A stretch of DNA of 52,400 nt. It comes from Candidatus Berkelbacteria bacterium (lineage in GTDB: Bacteria > Patescibacteriota > UBA1384 > 2-12-FULL-50-11). The position numbers and the translations under genes were made by a program. The notes beneath the pieces were generated by a model. It searched no databases and was not told the origin of the DNA. It saw only the letters and a program-made list of their open reading frames with translations. Positions 42,708 to 51,487 of the stretch are shown one piece after another (the stretch's first letter is position 1; the number at the start of each line of letters is the position of its first letter). Location: contig JAUSEP010000009.1 in assembly GCA_030650195.1 (NCBI GenBank), positions 1 through 52,400 of the forward strand, written 5' to 3'.

Positions 42708-44389
42708 ACAACCCGTGCCTTGAGCCTTCGCACTCCCTGTGCGGAGGCCTCTTCTTTAAGAATCTCGAATTTTCCTAATTCGCCTGTATTTTTTATGTGG
42801 GGGCCACCACAAAGTTCTTTTGAAAAGTCCCCGATCGAATAAACCGAGACTGTTTCACCGTATTTTTGACCAAACTCTGCCAGTGCTCCAGATTTCAAAG
42901 CCTCATCTTTAGACATTTCTTGCTTCTCAACTGGTAAGCTAGCTTCAATTTTATCGTTTACGATAGTCTCTACTTCCTTTATCTCGTCGTCAGTTAGCTT
43001 GCGGTCGAAAGAAAAGTCTAGTCGCAAACGCTCTTTGGTAACATTAGATCCTTTTTGAACTACACCGTTACCCAAAACTTTTCGTAATGCCGCCAGCAGT
43101 AAGTGATGAGCGGTATGGTGCTTAATTGTCTGCTCATCGTGATCGGCTAGTCCGCCCTTAAATAACCCCTCAGAACCTTGTCGTGAAGTTTCTTGGTGTT
43201 CAGCGAATAATCTAGCGAATAATTCGCTATCAAAATCCCAACCTAGGTCACGTAGATGCTCTAAGAGCAACTCTTTCGGGAAACCAAAAGACTCGAAAAG
43301 ATAGAATGCCAATTTAGTTATCTCCTCGCTGGTAGGCTGATTACTTTGGGTTGCCACCCACCGATCTAGGTGCCCAATTGCTCGAACCAAATTTTTTTCA
43401 AATTGAGCTTGCTCGTCAGCAAAAACTTTAATAACTTTCTCTGGATCTGTCAGCGTGTAAGACGGAGCATAATAAGAATGGATTTCTGTAATTATCTTAG
43501 ATATGTCAGCCTTGATAGCTGCTCGACGTTCCAAAAAAACAATTTTCCGGATGAGTCTACGTAAAATATAGTCACGGCCTTTGTTGGACGGAGTTACTCC
43601 AACACTAACCAAAAATAGAATTGCCCGAAGATGATCAACAATAATTTTACTCTCGTATTCGCGTGTTGGATCTACCATATCCACCCAACTCACAAACGGC
43701 TCGATCGCCCAGACACTACGGTGACTCTGTAAGGTTGCCGAAAGACGTTCTAAGCCACTTCCGGTGTCTAAGCCTGCCTGGGGTAATTTCTCGAACTTAC
43801 TATCAGTATTCTTGTAATACTCGGCAAAAACTAAATTCCAAACTTCAATACCATCAATATAAATTTCAGTGCAAGGACCGCAAGGACCTTCGTCGCCCGC
43901 TGGCCCCCAAAAGTTATCAACACGCCCCATTCTTTTGACTTCAATACCCAACATCTGCCAAATACCTTCTGATTCGGTATCTCCTGGCGTCAACTTGTCG
44001 CCCTTAAAGACCGTAGCCGACACTCTCTCTTTCACAACTCCGAGTCTCTTGTGAACAAAGTTCCAAGCTTCTTTAATGGCAGTTTCTTTCATCCTTAGGC
44101 TCGACTCTTCACCGAAGCGGAAGTTACCAAGCATCTCAAATATTGTTAGATGTGTGGCATCACCAACTTCGCCGATATCTGAAGTTCGGAAAACTGGCTG
44201 GATAGTTACCACAGATTTAGCAGGCGCATCCAGCGGGGATGAATAGAACTCCTTGAACTGCTGCATACCCGCAGTAGTAAACAGAACTGACGGATCATTA
44301 CGAGGTATAAGACTAGATTCGGCCTGTCGTACGTATCCAAGGTCTGTGAAGTAGCCAACAAAGTTTTTTCTAACCTCGTCTAATTGCAT
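42704..44389 (-). CDS. alaS: Alanine--tRNA ligase, short form ending after the editing domain (no C-Ala domain)
   Basis: N-terminus VRKNFVGYFTDLGYVRQAESSLIPRNDPSVLFTTAGMQQFK. Editing motifs HTAHHLL and CGGPH. The C-terminus ...GVRRLKARVV corresponds to the conserved AGVRRIEAV segment. Confidence 0.92.
   Translation of the reverse strand: MQLDEVRKNFVGYFTDLGYVRQAESSLIPRNDPSVLFTTAGMQQFKEFYSSPLDAPAKSVVTIQPVFRTSDIGEVGDATHLTIFEMLGNFRFGEESSLRMKETAIKEAWNFVHKRLGVVKERVSATVFKGDKLTPGDTESEGIWQMLGIEVKRMGRVDNFWGPAGDEGPCGPCTEIYIDGIEVWNLVFAEYYKNTDSKFEKLPQAGLDTGSGLERLSATLQSHRSVWAIEPFVSWVDMVDPTREYESKIIVDHLRAILFLVSVGVTPSNKGRDYILRRLIRKIVFLERRAAIKADISKIITEIHSYYAPSYTLTDPEKVIKVFADEQAQFEKNLVRAIGHLDRWVATQSNQPTSEEITKLAFYLFESFGFPKELLLEHLRDLGWDFDSELFARLFAEHQETSRQGSEGLFKGGLADHDEQTIKHHTAHHLLLAALRKVLGNGVVQKGSNVTKERLRLDFSFDRKLTDDEIKEVETIVNDKIEASLPVEKQEMSKDEALKSGALAEFGQKYGETVSVYSIGDFSKELCGGPHIKNTGELGKFEILKEEASAQGVRRLKARVV
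42717..42763. repeat. Copy C: hairpin repeat lying inside the functional alaS 3' end
   Basis: GCCTTGAGCCTTCGCACTCCCTGTGCGGAGGCCTCTTCTTTAAGAAT. The reverse strand encodes ILKEEASAQGVRRLKA of AlaRS. On the plus strand it forms a hairpin (42724-42748) followed by a T-rich tail after P3. Confidence 0.85.
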
Positions 44390-45117
44390 TAGTTGCTAAG
44401 TAAATTCTTCCAGAACGAGTCGACGTTAATCGAACCTGATGACTGAGGATCGTTAGTTGGTATGTCGCGATTAAAGAACAAGTTCTTCCAGAAATCGGCA
44501 ATATTTATCGTCTTTAGCAAGTCGGTTGGGTTCTGAGATTTGGCTGACAGATCCGGCAAATCTTCCCGACTGCACCAATCACCGTAAATTTTTTCGTACA
44601 TATCTCCAACAGCAATAACTTTATTGGCATAAGCAAGCGTTCCCTTAAATGGATATCCTTGCTCGTAACCAATGACCGCCCCACCGCCCCCGTTATAAGC
44701 AATTAAGGCTTTCGTCTTATTGCCGCCGTAACGTCGGTTAACCAGATCTCCAAGATAGTAGGCACCAAATCTGATCGCCATCTTTGGGTCACGTTTTAGA
44801 TCGCTTGGCTGGAATGGGCTTACTTCCAAATGCTTTGCTACTGATATAGCCGTTCCGGAAATGAACTGAGTTAATCCTTGTGCACCGGCACCAGACTGAG
44901 CAGTTGGGTTCCAGCGACTCTCTGTAAATATAAGACCCGCCAGAAGTTTTGGCTCAACACTAAAGTTCTTTGCTTCGTCACAAACTGTTTGTTGATATTC
45001 CTGAGGCAACGGATAGGCGACACTCGCAAATAACGCTGGACCGATAACAAACAAAAGTACGCCCAGCCCAAGCAGGCTGACGCCTGTCCATGCTAGTACT
45101 TTTACCCACACTCTCAT
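44389..45117 (-). CDS. Lytic transglycosylase (SLT domain), membrane-anchored
   Basis: FTESRWNPTAQSGAGAQGLTQF is the E-S...G-L-x-Q SLT signature, with an N-terminal TM helix. Confidence 0.85.
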   Translation of the reverse strand: MRVWVKVLAWTGVSLLGLGVLLFVIGPALFASVAYPLPQEYQQTVCDEAKNFSVEPKLLAGLIFTESRWNPTAQSGAGAQGLTQFISGTAISVAKHLEVSPFQPSDLKRDPKMAIRFGAYYLGDLVNRRYGGNKTKALIAYNGGGGAVIGYEQGYPFKGTLAYANKVIAVGDMYEKIYGDWCSREDLPDLSAKSQNPTDLLKTINIADFWKNLFFNRDIPTNDPQSSGSINVDSFWKNLLSN

Positions 45118-45195
45118 CTGGTTAAGTGTAACAGAGAAATATTAGAGCTGTCGACCGCCGCGCAGAGCCGTCAATCCAACCAAAGTTACATGTAG

Positions 45196-45279
45196 TGCCC
45201 AGGAGAGGACTTGAACCTCCACGGACTTTCGTCCACATCCACCTCAAGGATGCGCGGATACCAATTTCGCCACCTGGGC
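45196..45279 (-). tRNA. tRNA-Leu (GAG)
   Basis: GCCCAGG/CCTGGGC acceptor stem, anticodon loop TTGAGGT, long variable arm, T arm GGAGG-TTCAAGT-CCTCT. Confidence 0.9.
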
Positions 45280-45282
45280 TTG

Positions 45283-45365
45283 TGCCTGGAAGAGGACTTG
45301 AACCTCCAAGGGGTTACCCCCACACGAACCTGAATCGTGCGCGTCTGCCATTTCGCCACCCAGGC
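45283..45365 (-). tRNA. tRNA-Leu (CAG)
   Basis: GCCTGGG/TCCAGGC acceptor stem, anticodon loop TTCAGGT, long variable arm. It lies 3 nt from the other tRNA-Leu. Confidence 0.9.
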
Positions 45366-45411
45366 CTGGGTTAACTGGTTAATATTCTACCAGTTTCCAG
45401 TTTATTTATCA

Positions 45412-46749
45412 CTACTTAACGGACCAGAGGGCGGCGGAGAGAAAACGATCGGCATCAGACGACGGCAGAGACGGTTCAACGAATTGGATACTGTTAGACA
45501 TGTAGTAATCGAGGGTCATTCGCTGAACAATCATCATAACGCCTTGTGATATTAGGGTGTTTTGAAGCTCGTCTAGTAATTGCTGTCGTTCTGTAACGTT
45601 TAAGTTGTTGCGCGTCTTTTCCACAAGTGCATCAACGGTTGGGTTATTAACCCCCGTAACGTTATTACCTGTGGCTCGAATTTGCGAGGAGTGCCAGAGG
45701 TAGAACGGATCCATTTCTAGTCCGTAATCAATTCCAATGAGTAACGCCTGGAAATTACGCGATGGGCCTATACTCCCTGTTACTTCCTGGAGGGGTTTTA
45801 AACTAAGATCCACTTTTGCACCAAGTTGTTGCCATTTAGCAACAACTTCTGTTGCCAAAGTTTTATATGGCTCTTGGTCGGAGGCTATTAGTGTAAATGG
45901 GGTCGTTGGAGCGGCCGTACCTGCCGATAGTGCCTTACGCAATCCATCGTCCCTGAAAGGTGTTTTATTAGTATTAAACAAGACTGTGTAGTACCGGTTT
46001 AGATTTACCTCATAGTGTTTGAAGTCTTTAGGTGCAACGCTACTGGATGTTCCTATTGCCCCGTCTAGCCGATTACCGCGTAGTGCTTTCTGGAGATCCT
46101 CTTCATTAGCGTAAGAATGGATAATTAGTTTGTTTATGTATGAAGTAACGGCTTTCTTCTTTGTGTTTCGGGTAAAGACCGTTGTTTGATCGTTAGATTT
46201 GCCCAATTTATACGGACCGTAATCAAATAGCGGTCTAGTCACTAGTAACGCAAAGCTAGGATTTGGGGCTGCAAGTTTAACAACGATGTCGCGCTCGAGA
46301 TCGGCGCTGGTTTCTGCCTCGCCAATCACATCGCTACGCTGTTGGAGAACAGAAATAATATCATCGCGGTCAACCCCATCAGCTAAAGTAAACCGGTATT
46401 CAGACTTATCTTCATTAATTGACCACTTTTCCGCTAGCTGCCCATCGAGCTGGCCGTCGGAGGAAAATGTTAGAAGCCCGGCTTTAGTAAGTCGGGTCGT
46501 AATTTGGCTAAGTTCTTTTTTGTCGTTAACCATACCCTCAACGTAGGTACCCCCAATAGTTGGGCTATCAGAATTGTTGTTACTAAATTGTCGGTACCAG
46601 AATCCACCGCTTATAACGATGACGATAGCTAAAATTGCTAGTAAGACTTTCTCGTGGGCGCCAACAAATCTAGCTGTTCGTCTCCAGGATTTTTTCCAAT
46701 CAGGAAATTTAACAGCAGATAAGATCCGAGAAGGATCAAGGGATGACAT
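45412..46749 (-). CDS. Extracellular solute-binding protein, family 5 (peptide/nickel type), membrane-anchored, no cognate permease nearby
   Basis: N-terminal TM helix, then GGTYVEGMV...LTKAGLLTFSSDGQLDGQLAEKWSINEDKSEYRFTL, which is typical of SBP_bac_5. Confidence 0.75.
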   Translation of the reverse strand: MSSLDPSRILSAVKFPDWKKSWRRTARFVGAHEKVLLAILAIVIVISGGFWYRQFSNNNSDSPTIGGTYVEGMVNDKKELSQITTRLTKAGLLTFSSDGQLDGQLAEKWSINEDKSEYRFTLADGVDRDDIISVLQQRSDVIGEAETSADLERDIVVKLAAPNPSFALLVTRPLFDYGPYKLGKSNDQTTVFTRNTKKKAVTSYINKLIIHSYANEEDLQKALRGNRLDGAIGTSSSVAPKDFKHYEVNLNRYYTVLFNTNKTPFRDDGLRKALSAGTAAPTTPFTLIASDQEPYKTLATEVVAKWQQLGAKVDLSLKPLQEVTGSIGPSRNFQALLIGIDYGLEMDPFYLWHSSQIRATGNNVTGVNNPTVDALVEKTRNNLNVTERQQLLDELQNTLISQGVMMIVQRMTLDYYMSNSIQFVEPSLPSSDADRFLSAALWSVK

Positions 46750-46755
46750 TAAAGT

Positions 46756-46971
46756 CTAGACAAAGAGTTGCGCCACTGAACAAACTAGAAAAATCGCCGC
46801 TAACAAAATAGTGCCGCGAAATAACAGCTGCTCAACGCCTCTTCGACTACGGTAACTAACGCCTTCGCCCCCAAAAGCGCCGCCAAGTCCAGTTCCCCGG
46901 TGCTGGAGTAGGATCGACAGGATTAATAGAATCCCGGAAACCACTTGGCCCACTTGCAAAATATTTGCCAT
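46756..46971 (-). CDS. secG: Preprotein translocase subunit SecG
   Basis: A 71-aa two-TM protein with LLQHRGTGLGGAFGG. Confidence 0.85.
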   Translation of the reverse strand: MANILQVGQVVSGILLILSILLQHRGTGLGGAFGGEGVSYRSRRGVEQLLFRGTILLAAIFLVCSVAQLFV

Positions 46972-47038
46972 GTAGGGGATATGCTAACGAGAAACTGGGC
47001 TGGAGTCAACCCAAAAATACATTTTTCGAGGCCAGAAG

Positions 47039-47109
47039 GGGAATCGGACCCCTGTACGCGGTTTTGCAGACCGCTCCCTAACCACTCGGGCATCTGGCCG
47101 AACGTCTGT
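47039..47109 (-). tRNA. tRNA-Cys (GCA)
   Basis: GGCCAGA/TCTGGCC acceptor stem, discriminator U73, anticodon loop CTGCAAA. The T arm AGGGG-TCCGATT-CCCCT has C at position 55. Confidence 0.8.
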
Positions 47110-47169
47110 ATTTTACCTGTAATCGAGAGCTTTTTCTATGAATTAGGGGGAAAAATTTGAGCGGCAGAC

Positions 47170-47241
47170 CGGATTCGGACCGGCGACCTCTTCGTTGGCA
47201 ACGAAGCATTCTACCACTGAACTACTGCCGCAACTCTAGAT
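47170..47241 (-). tRNA. tRNA-Gly (GCC)
   Basis: GCGGCAG/CTGCCGC acceptor stem, anticodon loop TTGCCAA. The T arm GCCGG-TCCGAAT-CCGGT has C at position 55. Confidence 0.85.
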
Positions 47242-47299
47242 AATTCTAGCGGTTGAGCGGGGTTGTGTAAAGGAGTGAAAGGACTTAAGATGTCCCCAA

Positions 47300-47614
47300 A
47301 TGGCAAAAAAGAAAAAACAAAACCTCCAAAAATTAATTGCAAAGAAGCAGCAGCTCCAACGAGTTGCCCAAGGAGCTGTAATTTCGTTTAGCGAAAATTC
47401 CCAAACTGAAAATTTTCAAAAACCTGAAGTCGCCGTTACTCAAACAACAACTTACCAGCCAAAAGCAACCAGAGACCGAGCTCTTCGAAAAACTGCACTT
47501 AGTATTGTTGTTATCGCCGTCTTACTGATTGCAGCAGTAATTTTTGACAAAAAATCTCCGTATCTCAACCAATTCGGGGACTGGATCTACAACGCCTTAC
47601 GCTTACAAGGCTAA
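47300..47614 (+). CDS. Small hypothetical protein with a Lys-rich N-terminus and one TM helix
   Basis: MAKKKKQNLQKLIAKKQQLQ... followed by the TM helix LSIVVIAVLLIAAVIF. Confidence 0.5.
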   Translation: MAKKKKQNLQKLIAKKQQLQRVAQGAVISFSENSQTENFQKPEVAVTQTTTYQPKATRDRALRKTALSIVVIAVLLIAAVIFDKKSPYLNQFGDWIYNALRLQG

Positions 47615-47644
47615 CCTAAAAATTAATTACCGCACGTACTTTGT

Positions 47645-48349
47645 TTAGGGTCCAAAGATTATCACTGAAAAACCAACTAAACAGATAATAATAACGCACC
47701 AGCCAACTAGTACGATTGGCACTTTGCGACCCAATACAGCGAGAATTGTTCCAGCCAAATACGTGATCCCGAGTAGTAGTAACGTCAAAATATTGGGGCC
47801 GCTTGAGGGCAGGACTTGATCGGAAGTTGCATTGAGACCGATCTCCGTTCTTTGACCTGACGCTATTACCAACGCCGCGCCTATAAAAACTAGTATTCCC
47901 GCAAGCGTTGAACGAGATCTAGCCGAAACTAGCCCAGCAATATGCTCGCCGTGTATATCGTGATTATGATGGGTCATAAGAGCAAGCTGTCCCTTGGGGT
48001 AAAACGCACCTTCGCAGTCCGGACATTTCCAGTACTGGGTTCCAGCTGGTAGATCGTCTCGCTCCACGCTAGCCAGTAACGAATTATCATTCGAGCAAAC
48101 CAGATCCATCTGTTTCAATGAGTAATTGGGAGTTGGGACATCGACTTTATTTATAGAATCTATTGATAAGAATTCCGTTGGTTCTCGTTCAAACCAAAAA
48201 CCACCGCATTGGTTACAGTGTTTTGCCCAAGTGCCACTTCCGCCAACTGTTTTTAAATTGACGTTGTCAAAATCCCCACCGCACATCGGACACTTCAGAA
48301 TCCCCTCCCATCCATTGCTTAAATGTAGCGTAATTAAGTTTACTTTCAA
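47645..48349 (-). CDS. Membrane protein with two N-terminal zinc-ribbon (TFIIB-type) modules
   Basis: CPMCGG...CNQCGGFWFE and CSND...CPDCEGAFY, followed by three TM helices. Confidence 0.6.
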   Translation of the reverse strand: MKVNLITLHLSNGWEGILKCPMCGGDFDNVNLKTVGGSGTWAKHCNQCGGFWFEREPTEFLSIDSINKVDVPTPNYSLKQMDLVCSNDNSLLASVERDDLPAGTQYWKCPDCEGAFYPKGQLALMTHHNHDIHGEHIAGLVSARSRSTLAGILVFIGAALVIASGQRTEIGLNATSDQVLPSSGPNILTLLLLGITYLAGTILAVLGRKVPIVLVGWCVIIICLVGFSVIIFGP

Positions 48350-49095
48350 GAAATTTGAAAATTTTTCACTATTAGTAAGGCTTGTCTAATCGAATTTATT
48401 GCTATTGGCCTTCCGTGATGCCGCCACCATGTAATTTGTCTGCGGATATATGCCCGACTAGCCGCTTGGGATTGCAGAACTGTCTCTTCACGTTCCAGTT
48501 GGCCATCTAGGTATCTGTACGCATAACGATAATCAAGACCAATACTATTTAGCCACTCTCCAGAGATACCGCTATCAAGAAGCTTCTTGGTTTCGGCTAC
48601 TAAGGCGTCAAAAATCTTTGGAAATCTTTCATCTGATTTTCTGTTAAGAACGCTTCTCTCAATATCTGGCATTAAAATCAAAGGTTCAAAATCAACTGGC
48701 TGGTTATTCTTAGCAAATCGTCCACCACCTAGCTGATACCCTTCTGTTAGCGCCGTGACGTACAGTCCTGTACCGCCAACAACAATCGGTAGCTGACCTG
48801 CTGCCCAAATCTCCCTTAACATTTTCCGTGCTAGAGTTAGCCAGTCAGCTACAGTAAATCGATCGCCTGGTTCGACCACATCAATTAGTAGTTGTGGTAT
48901 TCCGTCAACAATCCGAGCTTGATAATTTCCCCATTTCCCCGGTACGCCTTCCTTGTTTGTACCGATATCCAATCCCCGGTAAACCTGCCTAGAGTCGGCA
49001 GAAACAATTACACCATTAAATTTCTTGGCTAGCTTAACTGCTAGCTTTGTTTTTCCTGACCCAGTGGGACCAACAACGGCAATCAGCTTGTGCAT
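48346..49095 (-). CDS. miaA: tRNA dimethylallyltransferase MiaA (short form)
   Basis: GPTGSGKT P-loop, SADSRQVYRGLDIGTNK, and ITWWR near the C-terminus. Confidence 0.9.
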   Translation of the reverse strand: MHKLIAVVGPTGSGKTKLAVKLAKKFNGVIVSADSRQVYRGLDIGTNKEGVPGKWGNYQARIVDGIPQLLIDVVEPGDRFTVADWLTLARKMLREIWAAGQLPIVVGGTGLYVTALTEGYQLGGGRFAKNNQPVDFEPLILMPDIERSVLNRKSDERFPKIFDALVAETKKLLDSGISGEWLNSIGLDYRYAYRYLDGQLEREETVLQSQAASRAYIRRQITWWRHHGRPIAINSIRQALLIVKNFQIS

Positions 49096-49132
49096 CTTTG
49101 ACTTGAGTAATTTTTTGAGTTAAGAAAAGGTA

Positions 49133-49855
49133 ATGTTAGTTATCCGTAACTTGACCAAACAATTTTACCAGAGAAACGAGGAGATTACTGTCGTTGACAA
49201 TCTGTCTCTGACGGTCAAAAAGGGTCAAGTGTTTGGTTTAATCGGCCCTAACGGTGCAGGAAAAACAACCACTGTTAAGCTAGTTGCTGGTTTACTATTC
49301 CCCGGTAAGGGAAAGATATCTATCGGGGGGTTTCCGGCAGGAACGCTTGAAGCCAAACGAAAAATTGGTTTTATGAACGAGAATCCTCAGTTCTACTACC
49401 ACCTAAAAGCCCGTGAAGTTATGGAATTTGTCGCGGATTTATTTGAGATCGAGAAAACAGTTGCTACTAAAAAAATCGATGTTTTATTAAAGGAAGTCGG
49501 CCTTAAGGATGCTAAAGAGCTAGCGGTTCGTAAATTCTCTAAAGGAATGCATCAACGTTTAGCGTTTGCAGTGGCCCAAATTAATAACCCCGAATTACTA
49601 ATTCTGGATGAACCGCTTGATGGACTGGATCCACTCGGAAGATTGGATTTCAAGCAGATGATACTGAAATTAAAAAAATCTGGTGCAACAATATTCTTTT
49701 CTTCGCACATACTCTCCGACGTCGAAGAAATTTGTGACGAAGTAGCCATTTTGCATAAAGGAAAAATTATTGCTCAAGGATCGCCAAAAGATTTAGTTAA
49801 GTCGTCAAAACAATCCTTAGAAGAACTGTTCGTTAGGAGTATTCGCAATGCGTAA
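49133..49855 (+). CDS. ABC transporter ATP-binding protein (ABC-2 type exporter)
   Basis: GPNGAGKTT, FSKGMHQRLAFAVA and LILDEPLDGLD. Confidence 0.9.
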   Translation: MLVIRNLTKQFYQRNEEITVVDNLSLTVKKGQVFGLIGPNGAGKTTTVKLVAGLLFPGKGKISIGGFPAGTLEAKRKIGFMNENPQFYYHLKAREVMEFVADLFEIEKTVATKKIDVLLKEVGLKDAKELAVRKFSKGMHQRLAFAVAQINNPELLILDEPLDGLDPLGRLDFKQMILKLKKSGATIFFSSHILSDVEEICDEVAILHKGKIIAQGSPKDLVKSSKQSLEELFVRSIRNA

Positions 49856-50612
49856 GGTACTCTGGGCGATCACTCTTAATACTTTTCGAGAAACTTTGCG
49901 CGACAAGCTACTATATTCCCTAGTGGGGTTCGCTGTTTTAGTTATTGCCGCATCTCTTCTGGCTGGCTCGGTTTCGCTCGGCCAAGACGCCAGAGTAATC
50001 CAAGACTTCAGCCTTACGGCAATGCTTGCTTTCCTACTTATTATTACCTACTTCATCGGTACACAGCTGGTATTTAAAGAGGTGGAAAGAAAAACAATCT
50101 ATCTCGTCTTAAGTAAGCCGGTGTCTAGAGAAACTTTCTACCTCGGTAAATTCCTTGGGCTTTGCCTAACTATTCTTGTTGCCGGACTAATAATGGCCGT
50201 TATGTTTGTTATCGTCCTGTTTGCAAAAACCCACTCTGTGCCAACGGCCGCCTACTTTGCAGCTGGAGCTGTAATCTTGGAGGCTTGGTTACTTACGGCG
50301 GTTAGTCTACTTTTCAGTTCATTTACCTCGCCGCTATCGAGTGCCATCTACACCTTCGGCGTAACTCTAATCGGTCACGGTTCGGCAACTGTTTGGCTCT
50401 TAAGCCAGAAGGCCTCACCTGTAATACGCACAATCCTTGAAGGAGTCTACTACATATTCCCGAATCTAGAAAAGTTTAATTTACGCAACGACGTCGTTTT
50501 TAATCTAACTCCCAGTGCCAGTCAAGTTGGTCTAATTCTGCTCTACTTTGCAACGTATACCGTATTCTTGTTAATCCTGGGCGTGGCGGTTTTCCGCAAA
50601 GATGAGTTCTAA
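49848..50612 (+). CDS. ABC-2 family transporter permease
   Basis: Six TM helices. It overlaps the ATPase gene by 8 nt. Confidence 0.75.
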   Translation: MRKVLWAITLNTFRETLRDKLLYSLVGFAVLVIAASLLAGSVSLGQDARVIQDFSLTAMLAFLLIITYFIGTQLVFKEVERKTIYLVLSKPVSRETFYLGKFLGLCLTILVAGLIMAVMFVIVLFAKTHSVPTAAYFAAGAVILEAWLLTAVSLLFSSFTSPLSSAIYTFGVTLIGHGSATVWLLSQKASPVIRTILEGVYYIFPNLEKFNLRNDVVFNLTPSASQVGLILLYFATYTVFLLILGVAVFRKDEF

Positions 50613-51483
50613 GAGTCAGCCATTTCCTGGGGTCTGGAAGCAGATCGACTTGAAAAAGGTCACCATTATCTGGGTTCTTGTTTTCTGGGGGCTAAGTTTT
50701 GTCGGACAAATAAATTACGATTCTTGGCGACGATACTCACCACCAAAGTTATCAGGGGTTGATTACAATGTGTATATAGAACCGCAGCCACTTTCGCCAA
50801 CTCTAGCAAAGGCCGTGAGCTTTGGTTCAACCGAATTTCTTGCCGATTATTACTGGCTGACCTTAATCCAATACTACGGTGGAGGTACCCCAAACGGTAA
50901 ATACCGAAAATTAGCCGAACTTTTCAGCCTTGTTACGGATCTATCACCAAAATTTCAACAAGCATACCAAACTGGGTTAATAATTTTACCGGGCGAGGGA
51001 TTTCCTGATCAAGCTATCCAGCTAGGTGAAAAAGGGAAGAATAATTTACCAGATAGCTGGGAAATGCCGTACTACACCGGTCTCGTTTACCATATTTATA
51101 AAAAAGATTATGTTTCTGCCGCTAAAGAATTTCAAATTGCCGCTACTAAGAAAGATGCCCCACCAATAACGCAGTACTTTGCTGGTATATATTACAAGGA
51201 AGCTGATCAGCGCCAACTTGCTTACCAAATTTTTAAAACTGTTCACGATACTACAAAGGACGACTTCGTTCGTGAAAGGAGCGGCAAACAACTACTTCAC
51301 CTGGAAATGATTTTTTTTCTAGAGGATGCAGCCACCAAATACCGCCAACAATTCGGTCGTTACCCATCTACCCTTCAGGACTTAGTAACTAAACAATTCA
51401 TTAAAGAAGTACCTGTTAGTCCGCTCGGGGTTAATTTCGTAATCGATCCTCATAACGGAACGGTTAGCGAATCTAGAAAGTAA
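50602..51483 (+). CDS. Membrane-anchored helical-repeat (TPR-like) hypothetical protein
   Basis: N-terminal TM helix, then repeated Y-rich helical pairs. It overlaps the permease gene by 11 nt. Confidence 0.5.
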   Translation: MSSKSQPFPGVWKQIDLKKVTIIWVLVFWGLSFVGQINYDSWRRYSPPKLSGVDYNVYIEPQPLSPTLAKAVSFGSTEFLADYYWLTLIQYYGGGTPNGKYRKLAELFSLVTDLSPKFQQAYQTGLIILPGEGFPDQAIQLGEKGKNNLPDSWEMPYYTGLVYHIYKKDYVSAAKEFQIAATKKDAPPITQYFAGIYYKEADQRQLAYQIFKTVHDTTKDDFVRERSGKQLLHLEMIFFLEDAATKYRQQFGRYPSTLQDLVTKQFIKEVPVSPLGVNFVIDPHNGTVSESRK

Positions 51484-51487
51484 GTTT

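Noticed and set aside
41288-42775. Classical integron (intI/attI/attC) interpretation of the repeat-punctuated array
   Set aside because: There is no integrase gene or attI in the window, and the repeats lack recognisable RYYYAAC/GTTRRRY boxes. The repeats derive from the alaS coding end. I kept only the more general cassette/accretion hypothesis.
41493-42778. Alternative-frame ORFs 41493-41828 and 42437-42778 inside P2 and P3
   Set aside because: They are Arg/Ser-rich shadow frames in GC-rich DNA. The chosen frames have an SD plus a start codon and are mutually homologous.
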